A DNA stretch of 64,000 bases from Octopus sinensis (GCF_006345805.1 NC_043008.1:13764001-13828000); one strand, 5' to 3'; shown: positions 34,751 through 49,170, numbered from the stretch's first letter. Notes: generated by a model not told the origin, from the letters alone. Made by a program: numbers and translations.

Positions 34751-37724
34751 CAGACACACACACACCTACACACATATATATATATAAGTATATGTATATA
34801 CACTTATATACACATTCAAGATTATGTCACATCACGCATTGTGTTCCAACAGAACAAGAGCTAATGGACTTGTCTCCATGCAGTGTATCACTTCCAATCA
34901 GTTTCGAGTTCCTACTGCATTCTAAACTGTACAAAGTATTCAAACATGGTAATATAAGGTAAAACTGTATTGTGACATCAAAGGGAAATATTAATTATGA
35001 GATTTAGCGTTGTAGTAAATGAGCTCAATTATGTTACTTTATTGCTATATATGATAACATTGTTCATGAATATATTCAGTTAGTTAATTAAACTGAGATT
35101 AATTTTTTTCTCGAGATCACTTGAAAATATGTGATGATAAAGGTTCTTTCTTAAAATATTACTGCATATTTTAACACTGAGAGATGAAAAGAAACATTAA
35201 ACATATGGGATTCGAAAAAAAAAAGTATATTAATTCTCATGTGAAAATGTCGGAACATTTAATTACACTCCTCAGCTATTTGGGTAAAGTCATGACTTAA
35301 TCGTGCTGTAGGTTTCCTGATTTCATTAGGAAAGCATGCTGATAAAGACTCCAGATCAATTTATGCTATTTTTATTGTATTGATATTGCGGGTTGTGTTT
35401 TTTGTAATTTCGTTTTCTACGAATTTCTTTCTGTGAACCAAAAATAAAACAAAATGCAGTGAAATGCTACAAAACGTGGCTTTTAAATCTCAAATGCAAG
35501 AAATACTTATCACAGGAGATTATTTCCTTTTTGTACCTACGTATATATTTTTTTCATTGTAGCTCTATATTGACATCAATCAGTCACCCACCAGCATATT
35601 TCAGATGCTTTTCTTTTTACTGAACTTGTACAAAAGTGTATACATAACCTTACATGGAGAACTTTCTTTTCTTCTTGAATGTTGGGGTTTTTATCTGAGC
35701 TTTTACTTGCACGTCATTATCGCTGCATATGTATTTATCAAAAGCATATATGTGCGTGAATGTGTATAGCGTTGTATATAATAAGAAGTACATGTTGTGT
35801 CTTATATGGTAAAACTCGCATACTTATACATGCAGAAATTCTCGAATATGAGTGCATATATCCTGATGCATGCATACCTGTAAATGTAAGCAGTTGGAAG
35901 TAATGCAGATTCGGTTAACAAGTCATGTATAGATTTTGCTGTAAAGGTAAACGTTAGCAACAAAAAACCTGTTCTAAATCATTCTTTCTCAAATGTATTT
36001 AGAGTGTTTTTCTTTATTATAAGTCCAAGTACCAAATACATATCTATACGCAACGATACACATGTATGTTGTCGTAGATGCGTAATCCACGGCACTACCT
36101 TCACCACATCATGGTTTATAAGAACTGCTAAGAATATCAATAATGGTAAAAGTTTAGCCGAAATGTCAAGTAGAAATGTCAGGTAAGCGGCAGTGTAAGG
36201 GATCTCTCAGATGGTTATTATGAAGTGATTACAGAGCTGCTGCTATGGTGAGGTATGCGCTGGGTTAATATACAGAAGATTAACAGAGCATAAATCTTAT
36301 AGTAATGTTAGTGTATTTTGAAGTGGATATGTCATATTGAAACTTTGTCGTTCTACAGTGAATCGTAGTTTTCGAAATACACATATAGAATAAATAAGAG
36401 AGGGATGGATACCTCAGCTATGAAAACAAGCTGCTCTACTTCAGCTTTTAATGCATAGAACAACGACAACAGTACCTGAGATACAATAATCAATTCATTA
36501 TTAATTATTGATATTTAAAGCAATCTCCACCTACTAAAACAGTGTATGTCTTATTCTTTGGCCTCTTAGAAGGAAACGGATATTTAATAGCAAACCTTAA
36601 GAGGTGGTATACAGCAGTGTCCGTCTCATATCAAATAATTTAAATAAAAAAGATATTTCATGTAGACGTTAAGTTAAAATCGTTTGTCCCTTTTCTTTTA
36701 CACGGAATATAATATAAAACATTTCTTCTTCTATATGAAGCTACAAAATTGATTCGATGAACAACGATGAGCATTACAAAGCAAAGAAAATAGATTCAGC
36801 AAAATTTTATCACTTTTTCTCGCATCTTTTACACCTGTCATCTTTTTTTTATTGTATTTCATAATGTGATCCAAAAATGAATAAGCAATGATGATTGTTA
36901 TTTTCCAATTGATAAACTAAAGAACCTGCTCAATATATATGTCCAGTGGACATATACTTTCTAACATATACATTCTAACTTCTTCTCAACAACCATCCAT
37001 TAAAATAAAATGGGTGATCATCCACCAACAAATGCAACGGATGTAATAAATATGCGTAACATTAATATTCATTACTAACAACAGCCGCATTCAATCGTAC
37101 AATTGGGAAGGTTCTTATAAGCCACTTGTTACTAAATAGATCGGTAAAACCCCTGTCTTAAATCATACATTTAGATTATAACATCAGTAAAGATCGATGA
37201 CATTAGCTTTAAAATCTAGTCATTTAAAATCTAGTCATCTTAACTTTTGCATTTAGCTTTTTCTTAAAAATATACACTATCAGAACCAATTAAGAATAGA
37301 AGATAACGATAACAAGAGATATAAAAAGTTCACATGAACTGTCAACATCATTAATGTAAATATGGCCATAGGCTATCTTCTTGACTCCACAAGCCGGTAA
37401 CCCGCCAGTGTTTTGTTAACAAAGATATATATTGTTTTAGAATTATGTGGTAGACTCGAAAGAAAACATGTATTTGAATTAGCCATACAAGGCATTAAGT
37501 ATCGTTGGAAATGTGTTTATGTAGAATATTTAATACCTATGATAAAATAAGCAATGATATTCATTATTTATAAATTCTCATAACAAATCCGGGGAATTAT
37601 GCATTTGCTTATACCGAACCAAATCATTATCGGCTATATTATTTTGTTACCCCATTCCACGTACGGATAAAATTCAAAATCTAACACATCGTGTATTGAA
37701 ACCAGCATATAGGTATATTTATTA

Positions 37725-38105
37725 CTTTGTTTCCCACAGGGGGCTAAACACAGAGAGGACAAACAAGGACAGACAAACGGATTAAGTCGATTATAGAACC
37801 AAGAACCCGTTGGTTTGACACCATCAGGAGTGACACCGGAATGGACATGGCCAATCTGAAGGAAGCGGCCCAGTATAGAACTGACTGGAGAACACTGATC
37901 CAACGAGTGACCGAGAGTCGACTTCGACTGAGCGGATAGAGAGATATCGACCCCAGTATGTAACTGGTACTTATTTCATCGACCCCTAAAGGATGAAAGG
38001 CAAAGTCGACCTCGACGGAATTTGAGCTCGGAACGTAACGGCAGAAGAAATAATGCTGAGCATTTCGCCCGGCGTGCTAAAGCTTTTGCCAGCTCGGCGC
38101 CTCCT
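37725..38105 (-). mobile_element. SINE-A, interrupted by an RTE 3' end
   Basis: The SINE-A sequence is split at GTCGATTATA|TATCGACCCC by a ~150-bp insert. Confidence 0.85.
37795..37944 (+). mobile_element. RTE (BovB-like) LINE 3' terminal fragment nested in SINE-A
   Basis: Translates as PRTRWFDTIRSDTGMDMANLKEAAQYRTDWRTLIQRVTESRLRLSG*, matching the RTE/BovB C-terminus (RWLDGITDSMDM...DREAWRAAVHGVAKSRTRLSD*). Confidence 0.85.
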
Positions 38106-39634
38106 GAGCATATAGGTGTATTATATAAAAGTGTGTATACAAATACAACTACAACTTATATTGTTTGGTGCGTTATGGAATATTTCATCGATTGCACAGT
38201 AAAACCAACCATTTGGTTTTTTTATACCGACATTATCGTTGTCATTTTCTCATTATATTTTCTTTGTTGTGTGAATGTGTGTATATGCATTTACTGGAGT
38301 TGACGGCGTGGTAGGAATAAAAAAATCGTTTTATAGAAATATTTTTCTCTTGCCTTGATCTTATACTAATGGCCAAAATTTTCTGAGTCACAAGGCAGTA
38401 TTAAAATCTATGATGATGTCATTCATTGTTCTTTGATTGAGATAAAATGAAAATTTGGTTGATATTATTGTTTATGTGGAAAGTTGCCAACAACAACTAG
38501 TATTCTCTTGATGCCAGCAGTTTAGATCTCTTTAAGAGTGCAATATCGCATGCCTTAAATATATGCATTATTAACAATAACTGCAAAATATATACAGCAA
38601 ATTATCGCGTTGCGTGACAAATTCACAGATTGCTACATTATAAACGGAATTAATATTTGTGTGATTGTACAAGTATATGTGTGTGTACATATATGCATGT
38701 GTGTATGTATATCTACCAGTATGTATGTATTTATGTATGTATGTATGTATATGTGTATGTACGTATGTATGTATTGGTACAGTGATGTGTAATGGTCTAG
38801 ATATATTGATCAATACGTAGATAGACAAATGCGTAGATATAAACTTGTGTAAGGTGATATTATGATTTCCCATTAGGAAGGGATATAAAATACACGGGAA
38901 AATAATGGTGAAATGAAAAAAAAAAGAATAATAATGTTTTCTTTATTAACTTCGAGGTGGTCCCGGTAGTGCCCGCGGATTTCTGGAAACTATTATTAGC
39001 TCCAGCACGAAAACCTTCCGGAATGTACCACCCAGTTGGTTTTCCTCGACGTACAGCATTGCTCAGAAAAACCTAATGGATTTTCCCACCACTAACACTC
39101 TATACAGCGCCATTTTGGGACCTCAGTCAAAAGTATTGAAAGGCTATCAGCACTTGACACAATATCTGAATAGTATTCAGTTGACACAAAACTATTGACT
39201 ATAAGAAGTATTTGAAGAAGATTTAGTATAATTTCTTCATAATTTCGTTAAGCAGAATGGCAAAACCTGACTGAGGAAATTTACAATCAAAATTATTCCA
39301 TACGTGAATGCATCTCTTTTTTTATCAAAAGTAATTACCTTTTGGGGAACGATGGGATATGAAATGGCTTCTATTCATAGAATTCGTTTCAAGGTATGGA
39401 TAACTCAGTCTCATCACTGTCGCCCCATTTTTAGTTAAGTTGTTGCATTCCTTACTCGCAAATGTGGTTAAATGCATGACAAAATAGCTGTGCCTTTTAG
39501 TTCCGCGTCTTAACATTTCCTGCTTATTTCTGTTTAGAGTCAACTTAGAATGGTGACATACCAAACCTCACGGTGTTATACTAAAACTGAACCATTGTAC
39601 CTCTAGCATTAAATATAGGTTATTTCGACATTAC

Positions 39635-40220
39635 TTATTACCTCCGATAAGACGAGAGGTGTTCTTTTCAGTCGTGTTTGTTTGTTTGACCGTGGGCAAG
39701 ATATCTCATGAACTGCTTGATGGATTCGGATGACACTTTCAGGGATGTTTGGTATCGTGGCTGGCGCGAAGTGCTACATTTTGGGATCGATCCGGCCCAG
39801 ACAAAGATATTGGATTATTTTTATATTTATTTTACTTTACGTGATTACGATCTCACATTAACTTTCGAGTCTTTCTCAATTATCTCCCTATAAGCTGTAA
39901 CTACTTTGAATGGAGAATTTGGTAACTTTGGCTCATATCAATTAAGGATAAAATATTTATTATTACTATATTTTAGGCCGACACCTTCACATTTCATGAC
40001 TACTTTTAGGATCGATTACGCACCGGAGAAGGATTCTGGATTATTTCCAAGGGTTTTTTAATTAATTTTTGAGAGCGGTCGGATTCATTTTTAGTATTCT
40101 TGTTTGTAAGGGCAGTCGATGTCATTCCAGGTATTCTCATTTTAAAAATTATCTCTGGCTAATCGTTGAGAGGACGTTGTTGTGGCTTTGACGGAAGTTT
40201 GTACTCTGAGTGCTCTTGTT
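39635..40220 (+). mobile_element. Non-autonomous Helentron-type (HINE/DINE-1-like) element
   Basis: 5' TTATTACCTCCG..GAGAGGT sub-terminal hairpin, a TTTG repeat, an AGATATCTC..GGATTCGGATGA core and a 3' GACGGAAGT...CTCTGAGTGCTCTTGTT end. It has an internal partial duplication of the GGATCGAT...GGATTATTT block. Confidence 0.7.
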
Positions 40221-40384
40221 ATATATTGTATTTGTCAAGAAGGTCCATTTGCAACCACGTCGTTTCGTATGCAGTCGTAGTGCGCGATACCATGGGCAAA
40301 CGTATTCTACCATTAGTCACGGGCCAATCATTGACCTGTAGATGTATCAATGGAGGAAAAGTGTGTCGATTCCCACTGTATTTA

Positions 40385-40393
40385 TATATGTAC

Positions 40394-40464
<71 letters not shown>

Positions 40465-40491
40465 TTATATATATATATGTATGTATGTATG

Positions 40492-40523
<32 letters not shown>

Positions 40524-40635
40524 ATGTATGTATATATATGTATATATATATATATTATATGTATGTATGCATTTATATTTATATATACATATATATATAT
40601 ATGTGTGTATGTATATACATATATATATATATGGG

Positions 40636-40667
<32 letters not shown>

Positions 40668-40855
40668 CGTGGCGTCTGCGTCTTTCTGTTTGTATTTGAC
40701 CTTCCATCGCTTGACAGTGGGTATTGAATTATTTACGACACTTTATAGCGGTTGCCCAGCAAAAGGGATTGAGAGAAAATTTGCAACATTTGAAAATAGT
40801 AATAATAATAGTAATAACAACAACAAAAACAACAACAACAACAATAATAATAATA

Positions 40856-40915
<60 letters not shown>

Positions 40916-40990
40916 AATAGGGTCGATTTGTTCCACAAAACCCACACCGTGCTGCAGCATGACCGCAGCCTATGAAGGAAACATGTAAAA
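40385..40990 (+). repeat. (TA)n/(TG)n tract followed by a degenerate SINE-B 3' half (40668-40990) containing an (AAT)/(AAC)-(ATT)n expansion
   Basis: Microsatellites are visible. The SINE-B landmarks CGCTTGACA, GGGTCGATTTGTTC and GCAGCATGACCGCAG flank the triplet tract. Confidence 0.75.
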
Positions 40991-41509
40991 ACTAAAATGT
41001 CAACTAATTTAATTATTTCGTAGCTGATTAAACTTGAATTAGCTCTGAGGAGCATACTTGCGGACAGACATTTTTTCTTTGTGTTCATTTCGCCGTACTT
41101 TACAGTATCTCGGAAGAATATTTAATGAAGTATATCCTATTGCACGTAAAGATGTGGAGAGAATATAGCTGCCTACTTTTGATAGTTTTTAGTGTATGTC
41201 TACTTAAACGAACTACTAGTAATGTTGCTGCATCTTTAAGTATTCCATTAATCCTATTAACATTTAGTAATTAGTAAGAAAGTGGAGCTTAGAAGGAAAA
41301 CTTGTGTTGTCCCCGCAAACTTCTACTTGCATACAATTTCATTACACGGTTGAATTAAAAATATTACCAAGTGTTGAGCGTGCTAAATGACTAACCTGCA
41401 TGAAAAAAATTTGCTTCGCCGTTGCCACAAAGTAGGGGAGTATCAATTACTATTACATCTATTTCTACAACAATTATTACAACTATCTATTACTATTACT
41501 TCTATTAAT

Positions 41510-41925
41510 ATTGGAACATATAATAATAGACCGGACATAATGGTGATGGACAAGATGCACCACACATGTTATATAGTTGATGTTGCATCAACAATAGTCA
41601 AGACAGAAGGGGAAACGACAGATAAATACAACGCTCTTATGTACGAAATAGCCCGGCTATGGAAAATGAAGACGGTGAAAATAATGCCAATTATTGTTAA
41701 GTCCTTGGGAACAGTATCGGAAGGCATCAAGGGGAAATCGGAAAAGAGTGCCCAGTAGAATGTTACAAAAGGTTTACCTCCTTGGCATGGCCAGAATAAT
41801 CAGGAAAGTAGAAGATAGCTGGAAAATAAACAAATAGCACGGTACCGTAGGCTGCTGTTAGTAAACCCGCTACGCATACAAGACTCCAGGTGATACAACA
41901 AAACTTGTGATAAAGAGAAATAATA
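41510..41925 (+). mobile_element. R4/Dong-type LINE 3' fragment (restriction-like endonuclease)
   Basis: NNRPDIMVMDKMHHTCYIVDVA...TDKYNALMYEIARLWKMKTVKIMPIIVKSLG is a PD..D RLE domain. The fragment ends in a TAA/AAC-rich tail. Confidence 0.82.
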
Positions 41926-41930
41926 ACAAT

Positions 41931-42306
41931 AACAAGAGCACTCAGAGAGCACAAATGTCCGCCAATGCAACACCATCGTCCTCTCAACGATTAGCCAGTG
42001 ATGAGTTTTAAAATCAGAATATCTTAAATAAACTCGACTGCTCTCACAAACGAGAATACTAAATGAACCCGGCCGCTCTCAAAAATTAAGTAAAAAAAGA
42101 AAACTGGAAAAATAATCCAGAATCCTTGTCTGGTTCTGGATCGATACCAAAATCTAATCAGTTCGTGCCAGTCACGAGGCCAAACATCACTGAAAGTTTC
42201 ATCTGAATCTATCCAAGAGATCTTGAGATATCTTATCCACGGATAAACAAATGAACAGACACGACTAAACACAATACCTCCACCTTCGCTAAGACGGAGC
42301 TAATAA
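41931..42306 (-). mobile_element. Non-autonomous Helentron-type element, same family as 39635-40220, opposite orientation
   Basis: Reverse complement of the 39635 copy, without the internal duplication. Confidence 0.7.
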
Positions 42307-42328
42307 TAATAAAAAGAAGAACAAAAGC

Positions 42329-42373
<45 letters not shown>

Positions 42374-43046
42374 TTTGATCTTTGCATTAGCAATAGTTTG
42401 TACGCTATAAATTCTCGCTTACAATAATCGACAAAAAAATAGTATCTGCTCAAAATATCTGTTACGGCGCTTTCATTACGCAGGGTGTTACCGCCGAAAG
42501 TCATTTAAAGCGCCAAGGAGTCTATTGTATATTTGCATGTGCTGATCCGGTAATAGTTTAGCTGTTGCAAGATTGGAACTAATGTGCTATAACACACACA
42601 CACACACAAACACTCATATAGATATAGTACATGTGTGTGTGTGTGTGTCAGCAGCTGGTATTCAATTTGTAGTTTGTTCAGTTTTTTCAAAAATGTTAAA
42701 ATTACCAATTATTTTCAAATGCGTCAATCGTTTTTTAATCGTGAACTCAACTCTATCCAATAGTAATGACAGAAAATGCAACAAATCGTATTATGATAAC
42801 GGCTTTAATGTAAGAAATAGTGGAAATTATTGATATTAATGATTTATGCCATTATTTACATTAGTCTTGATATTTGTTTCTGCTTTATTGAGGTTGGGAA
42901 TATTTTCCAGAAGATTGTTTAGAACGATGACATAAAATAAATATGATTCTATTGATTTTCTTTGCTTGTTACTTTACAAAAAAAAATCGCATTTATTTAT
43001 AACAGAAAAGAACATTTTATCGCTTTATCTTTCTCTGATTTCCTTC

Positions 43047-43051
<5 letters not shown>

Positions 43052-43088
<37 letters not shown>

Positions 43089-43320
43089 CACACAGACACA
43101 CACACACACACACAAAGACACCACACACACACACACAAAGACACACACACACGCACATACACACAAGAACACATGAACATACACACATATATATATATAC
43201 ATTTATATATAGAAATATATGTAGGCATGTATGTATGCATGCATGCATCCGCATATGTATATATATATATATATATATACGTGTGTGTGTGTATATATAT
43301 ATATATACGTCTCTGTGTGT

Positions 43321-43400
<80 letters not shown>

Positions 43401-43430
43401 TATATGTATATATTATGAGAGAGAGAGAGA
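43052..43430. repeat. (CA)n-(TA)n-(GA)n compound microsatellite
   Basis: Direct inspection. Confidence 0.95.
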
Positions 43431-45218
43431 TGTTATTTTCAATTACCATAAATGTATTGAACAATTCTCATAACCCAATTTGCTAATGTATAGATTTTAT
43501 ATCAGATTATTTATTGTTGCCCAAATGTATCTCATTATTTGAAACATTCAAATTCCCCATTTAAACTCAGGGCCAACAGAAATATATGGGCATTTATATC
43601 TGAAAGGTTAAAGTGGTAACAACATGCAAGTAGAAAAAAAAATCGTTTCCAATTTATTGCTTCTAAATTATGAATGAATCTGTGTTGTTCAGGAAAGATA
43701 GCTGCTCAGATACTGCTAAGTGATTGTTTGTTCTGGGTTGTTGTTTTTTTCATGTTGAATTAAGTACAAGAATTGGATTTATATAAGTTTTTTTTCTGAT
43801 TAGAATAAGATATTTGTCTATTTCCATTCATTTTGTTGTTGTTGTTGAGGTTGTTGTTCTTGTTTCGGTTGTCAATACTGATGTCTCTGTTAATTGAAAT
43901 AGTATGAAATAGCATCTTTCTTTACAAGAAGGATGCCTTAACGATTTAACGATTGAAAGTAGTTTAAAGGCGACAAAATTTCCTTAAATTGATTTCATAT
44001 TTTACACTGTAAATTAAAATGATTGTTTAGATGTGTTCCTTTTTTGTACCTTCTACTATTCTCTGATAATTATTCAAACAGGTTAGTGTGTATTGGCATA
44101 GGTTAACACGAACGCTATGCTAGGTTCCAAGGAAGTATTTCATATTCATATAGAATACTTCCAATTGAAGTATTTCATATTCATATACCACTGAATTTCT
44201 GTAATGGCATCATCTTAAGGAATGTACAGTATAAAACCCAATACGAAGTGCTACATAACCAATGAATATATACAAACTAGTTCCACGTGCATTAAATACT
44301 TTAATGACTTAGGGATAAGATGAATTGCTGATAATTTAGTACAACCACTCAAATTGGTATTCATGTTAGATAATTTATAATCCAGCAGTTTACGGCTATC
44401 GGTATGTTTTAGAAGAATATGCCGACTAAACTGGAGAATCGACATAGCAATCTGGTTTATTTTACCATTTGAATATCACTGAATGCTTAACAGTGTCCAA
44501 GAACATGACATAACTTTTAATAACCCAATCTACATTGATGTGAGGAGTTGCCTGTTTGTAGTGGAACGTGTTAATTATTTATTTCACTTATAGTACTAAA
44601 CATAACTTCTCCTATAGATGTAACGTGTGAGAGAATATCATTTAGGAAGACATTTCTCTATCGACAGATTAATACTTCGCAACTAGTCATTGGTGATTCG
44701 AGAAAGATAAGCATTAATGTTGAGCATTTGAAACATTATTCCATGTACAATAACTTATCTGCTTATAATCATTTCTAAAATTAAATGAGAAATTTAACGC
44801 CGATCCACTTATATCATGTAAACTGGCGCCTAGAAACAAGTTCTATAATTTCATCATAGACAGTCTAAACGATATTCATATTTCCAAAGGTTTCTTATGG
44901 GAGACGTTGGATAGAATTAAGGTCCCTTTGAATAAATGATCATATTTTCTATTTGAAATCAGATCCAATAGCTAACGATTGCTGCTAGGAATTTGTGTAT
45001 TTTCTGAGACTAATAGGCGAGGTTTAAATGTTCAATAATTGTTACTGAAGTTCATTGAATGCAGTAACTCATACTTGATATGTCTCGGAATAAATACTGA
45101 AAAATATTTCTCGTTTCTAACGGCTATGATTCCCCATCGTCCCTGAAGAGCATTGACAAGATAACTGTTAAATTCTACTAATTTTAATTATCTGGATGCA
45201 TGCTTGCATAAATGTTAT

Positions 45219-45652
45219 GCGCGGGCGTGTCTGTGTGGTAAGACGCTTGCTTCAAAACCACATGGTTCCGGGTTCAGTTCCACTGTATGACAACTTGGGC
45301 AAGTGTATTCTACTATAACCTCGAGCATACCAAATCCTTATGGGTGGATTTGGTAGAAGGAAGCTGAAAGCGACCCATCGTATATATATATATGTGTGCG
45401 TGTTTGCGTGTGTGTATGTGTGTGTGTGTGTATCTTTGTGTGTTTGTTTCTTTGTGTCAGTGTTTGTCCTCCATCATCGCTTGACAACCGATGTTGGTGT
45501 GCTTAAGTCCCCGAAACCTAGCGACTCGGCAAAAAGGACCGATAGAATAAGAGCTAGGCTTACAAAGAAAAAAAGTCCTGGTGTCGATTTCTTCGACTAA
45601 ATGCTGTGCTCCAGCATGGTCACAGTTACATGACTGAAACGCGTAAAAGAGT
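45219..45652 (+). mobile_element. SINE-B, full length and more diverged
   Basis: Head, internal TG tract and tail match the other SINE-B copies. Confidence 0.88.
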
Positions 45653-46421
45653 ATGAATATAGATATACTACAAATAGATACATGCTGACTATAAAAGATT
45701 CGAGATTTATAAAACACGAAGGCATTCTGAATTCAAATTTTACGACAATTATGTGAAATCTCGTTTCAAATGACTAAAAGTGTGAATGGTATTTGGATGT
45801 GCAATATCGTGCGTCTATTAATGTTTTCAAGACATTCGTAATGAAATTTCTGTCAGGCTCAGTGAAATTTAACAAAATGTACTTCTTAATGCCTCACCGT
45901 CCCAAAACGAAAATGATTTTAATAAAGAAACAAAGACCAAATTTAATTCTCATCTCTAAGCGTTAACTTGTTCTTTGTGAGTGGATACGATGACAAAATG
46001 ATTATCTTTTTTTGTTTGTTTTATTGGAACTCATCAGAAAAATGTCATCAATGCGAAATCGTATAATATTTTCAAATACAGAATAAAAATGTTACTAAAA
46101 ATTTTACTGAAATCTAATTAACACAATGAAAACAAAATTGAGCTGAAGGAGATATATCGAATTAAAAGCATGGATTGATATTGATCATTTATGCAAGCAT
46201 TCATCCGTACGCCTCATTCGTAGTGAAGTTGATTCTTTTTACTCTCAGATGGTGGAAGAGAACGAAAGTCAGCATCTTTCCCTAACGATTTACAAAAAAG
46301 GAACTCGATGTGAATTATGTGATAATTTGATGAACAAATGTGTTTGTCGTGCTTATCCAAAGATAGGATATTTATAGCAAGAATCGTTGGTAATTGCACA
46401 GGATATTTATTTTAATACATT

Positions 46422-46810
46422 GTGTGGAAGCACTCCGTCGGTTACGACGGAGAGGGTTCCGGTTGATCCGAATCAACGGAACAGCCTGCTCGTGAAATTA
46501 ACGTGTAAGTGGCTGAGCACTCCACAGACACGTGCACCCTTAACGTAGTTCTCGGGGATATTCAGCGTGACACAGAGAGTGACAAGGCCGGCCCCTTGAA
46601 ATACAGGTACAACAGAAACAGGAAGTAAGAGTGAGAGAAAGTTGTGGTGAAAGAGTACAGCAGGGATCACCACCATCCTCTGCCGGAGCCTGGTGGAGCT
46701 TTTAGGTGTTTTCGCTCAATAAACACTCAGAACGCCCGGTCTGGGAATCGAAACCGCGATCCTATGACCGCGAGTCCGCTGCCCTAACCACTGGGCCATT
46801 GCGCCTCCAC
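46422..46810 (-). mobile_element. tRNA-derived SINE-D, full length, 11-bp TSD
   Basis: Head GTGGAGGCGCAATGGCCCAGTGGTTAGGGCAGCGGACTCGCGG...GGTTTCGATTCC. TSD TTTAATACATT at 46411-21 and 46811-21. Confidence 0.93.
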
Positions 46811-48284
46811 TTTAATACATTATTACTTATATGAAATTAACAGCCTATTTACGTCGGAATCGCTTACAAATTTCGGCAGCTTTATCATTTTAATTCCTAC
46901 AATACGAGAAATAATTCAATCCATGCGTGCCAAATTAATCTGAATGGACGCTATTTGTATTATGTTATAATTACCTCAAATTCATTACAGCAAAAAACAT
47001 TCTCTTTATTGATGTATATTTAACCAATCGAAAAAAGTGATCTTTATGTGGTCGTACGACTGGTGAGCTATTGCAGCTAAATCTTCTCCAAACTTCGCCC
47101 GACTAAGATGAAGACCAAGATGGTATATTGTATCGTAATTGCTGGAATATGTCCTATCATTGATCAAATCGGGCAGCGCCGGCTGTTTACGAAACAACAA
47201 TGCATAACTTTCTATTGACAAATATCCGTATGTATCGATGTAAGTATGTGTTTGTATGAATTTTCGTGTGTATGTATATGTGTATAGGTATGTACGTATG
47301 TATGTATTGTTTGGTTTCAAAATAGACAGTGATTCATCCAATAATTTGCTTAAATAGCTGTAATGTTACAGAAAGCTTGAGAGCCAACAAAATTGCCGCT
47401 TAAATCTACAGATTATTCAGTTTCCATCCGGCTTAATAGTTTGCTGAAGCAGAGGGTTGCCTACCAGAGAACGGAGTTGGAACATATCTGCATCTTTTCA
47501 TGAACCTGTTCCAAAGTAATTGCCTGATGGTCATGATTGAATGCAAACAATTTTTTAATGTTCCCGCTAACAACATCTTGGTTTTCAGGAAAAGACACCA
47601 TATGATTATCTCCATTAAAATAGCACAAAAATATCTCGGCTTCTAGACATCAAACGTAGTTCACCAAAAATCACTTAATACTAGGGTACCTATAAAGGAC
47701 TGTTTGAACAACGATGAATTTGAGAACGGTCATAAACCATGTTTAACCAGAGGATTGGGGGCTATTTTTTCGTGATATGGTTGAACCTTTCTGTTCTTTA
47801 GATGGGCTTTAATGGAAAAATCCCTTCGAAAACGAGAAGCTTCTTAAAATGGACAATCACCTACTGTTCCCCTTCCTATTCCGAATATGCGTCCACGTTA
47901 ATCAATGGCAGTAAAGGTATTCTGTAAATGGGCATAGAACAATTAGCAATCCTCTTTGTCAGCGTATCTACAATAGACGTGGAAGCCACAAAAGCACTAC
48001 AGCAACAAAGTGGTATTGATTAAAAGAGAAATAATCTTAACAGGGAAATCAAAATTGCCGTGGGGCAGATAAAATAAGGGATAAACAAAATGGAGTTGGT
48101 GTAGCATCTAAGGTATTTCAGTAAGGTGGGTGTATTTCGTAGATTTTTTTTAATACTACGTTTACTAACGTGATCTTTCTGTATTGAATAATCTTCGTTG
48201 AGATTTGAAATCATTTCGCTGCTACTTTTTATAGCTCGAGTGAAAACGTAAACGTTTTATCAAGTTCTGGTCACTAGTGTGTGA

Positions 48285-48330
<46 letters not shown>

Positions 48331-48855
48331 GACAAACCCGCCGCCATATGAGTTTGAACAATATTTCAAAATTAATGAACCCATAGATTGTTTTTATTAT
48401 AACGATTTAAAATATCTTCAACCAAACTCACAAAACATGATATATTGCATATGTTTGTCGTTTTCAACAACAGTTGAGACAAGTTTATGATTATTTTCAG
48501 ATGTGTGTTTTACATAGATACTTATTAATGAGTCTAAATCTCATCTTTGTTGATGATAAATCTGTATTTCCAATCGTTGGTCTTATGCCAAGTGAAACGG
48601 AATCTATATTTCCTAACATCGAATTGAAATGTTCTTCCAACTAGAATAGAAAATGCGAGGTGGCGTTAAATTTCATTTGAATATGTTTGAAGATTTGTTG
48701 AAGCCCTTTACACAAATATTGGAAATATTGACGAAGTATAACATTTAAAACTGAAACATTAGCAAATATTGATAATATTTGATAACTATGCAGAGTTAAG
48801 TACAACATACTGTCAGCTATGGAGTTACTGAACTATATTTGATCAACTGCCCGAA

Positions 48856-49108
48856 TAATAATAATGATAATAATACTAATAGTAATAGCAAGAAGAAGAA
48901 AGAACAACAATGATAATATCAATATTAAGAAGGAAGAGGAGGGGAGGAGGAGAAAGAACGAGAACGATAATATCAATTTCAATAATGATGATAATGATGA
49001 TAAGAAGAAGAAGAAGAAGAGAAAGAAGAAGAAGTAGAAGAAGGACAAGAAGAAAAAATAACAACAATGATAATATCAATATTATTATTAACGATGATGA
49101 TGATGATG

Positions 49109-49170
<62 letters not shown>

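Noticed and set aside
41041-41070. CTGAGGA-GCA-TACT-TGC hammerhead-like start
   Set aside because: It is followed by GGAC instead of GAAA, with no stem III or stem I.
46720-46810. tRNA genes at SINE heads (also 16176, 28453, 54990, 57200, 62200)
   Set aside because: They have A and B boxes but no complete cloverleaf or acceptor stem, and they continue into repeated SINE bodies, some with TSDs.
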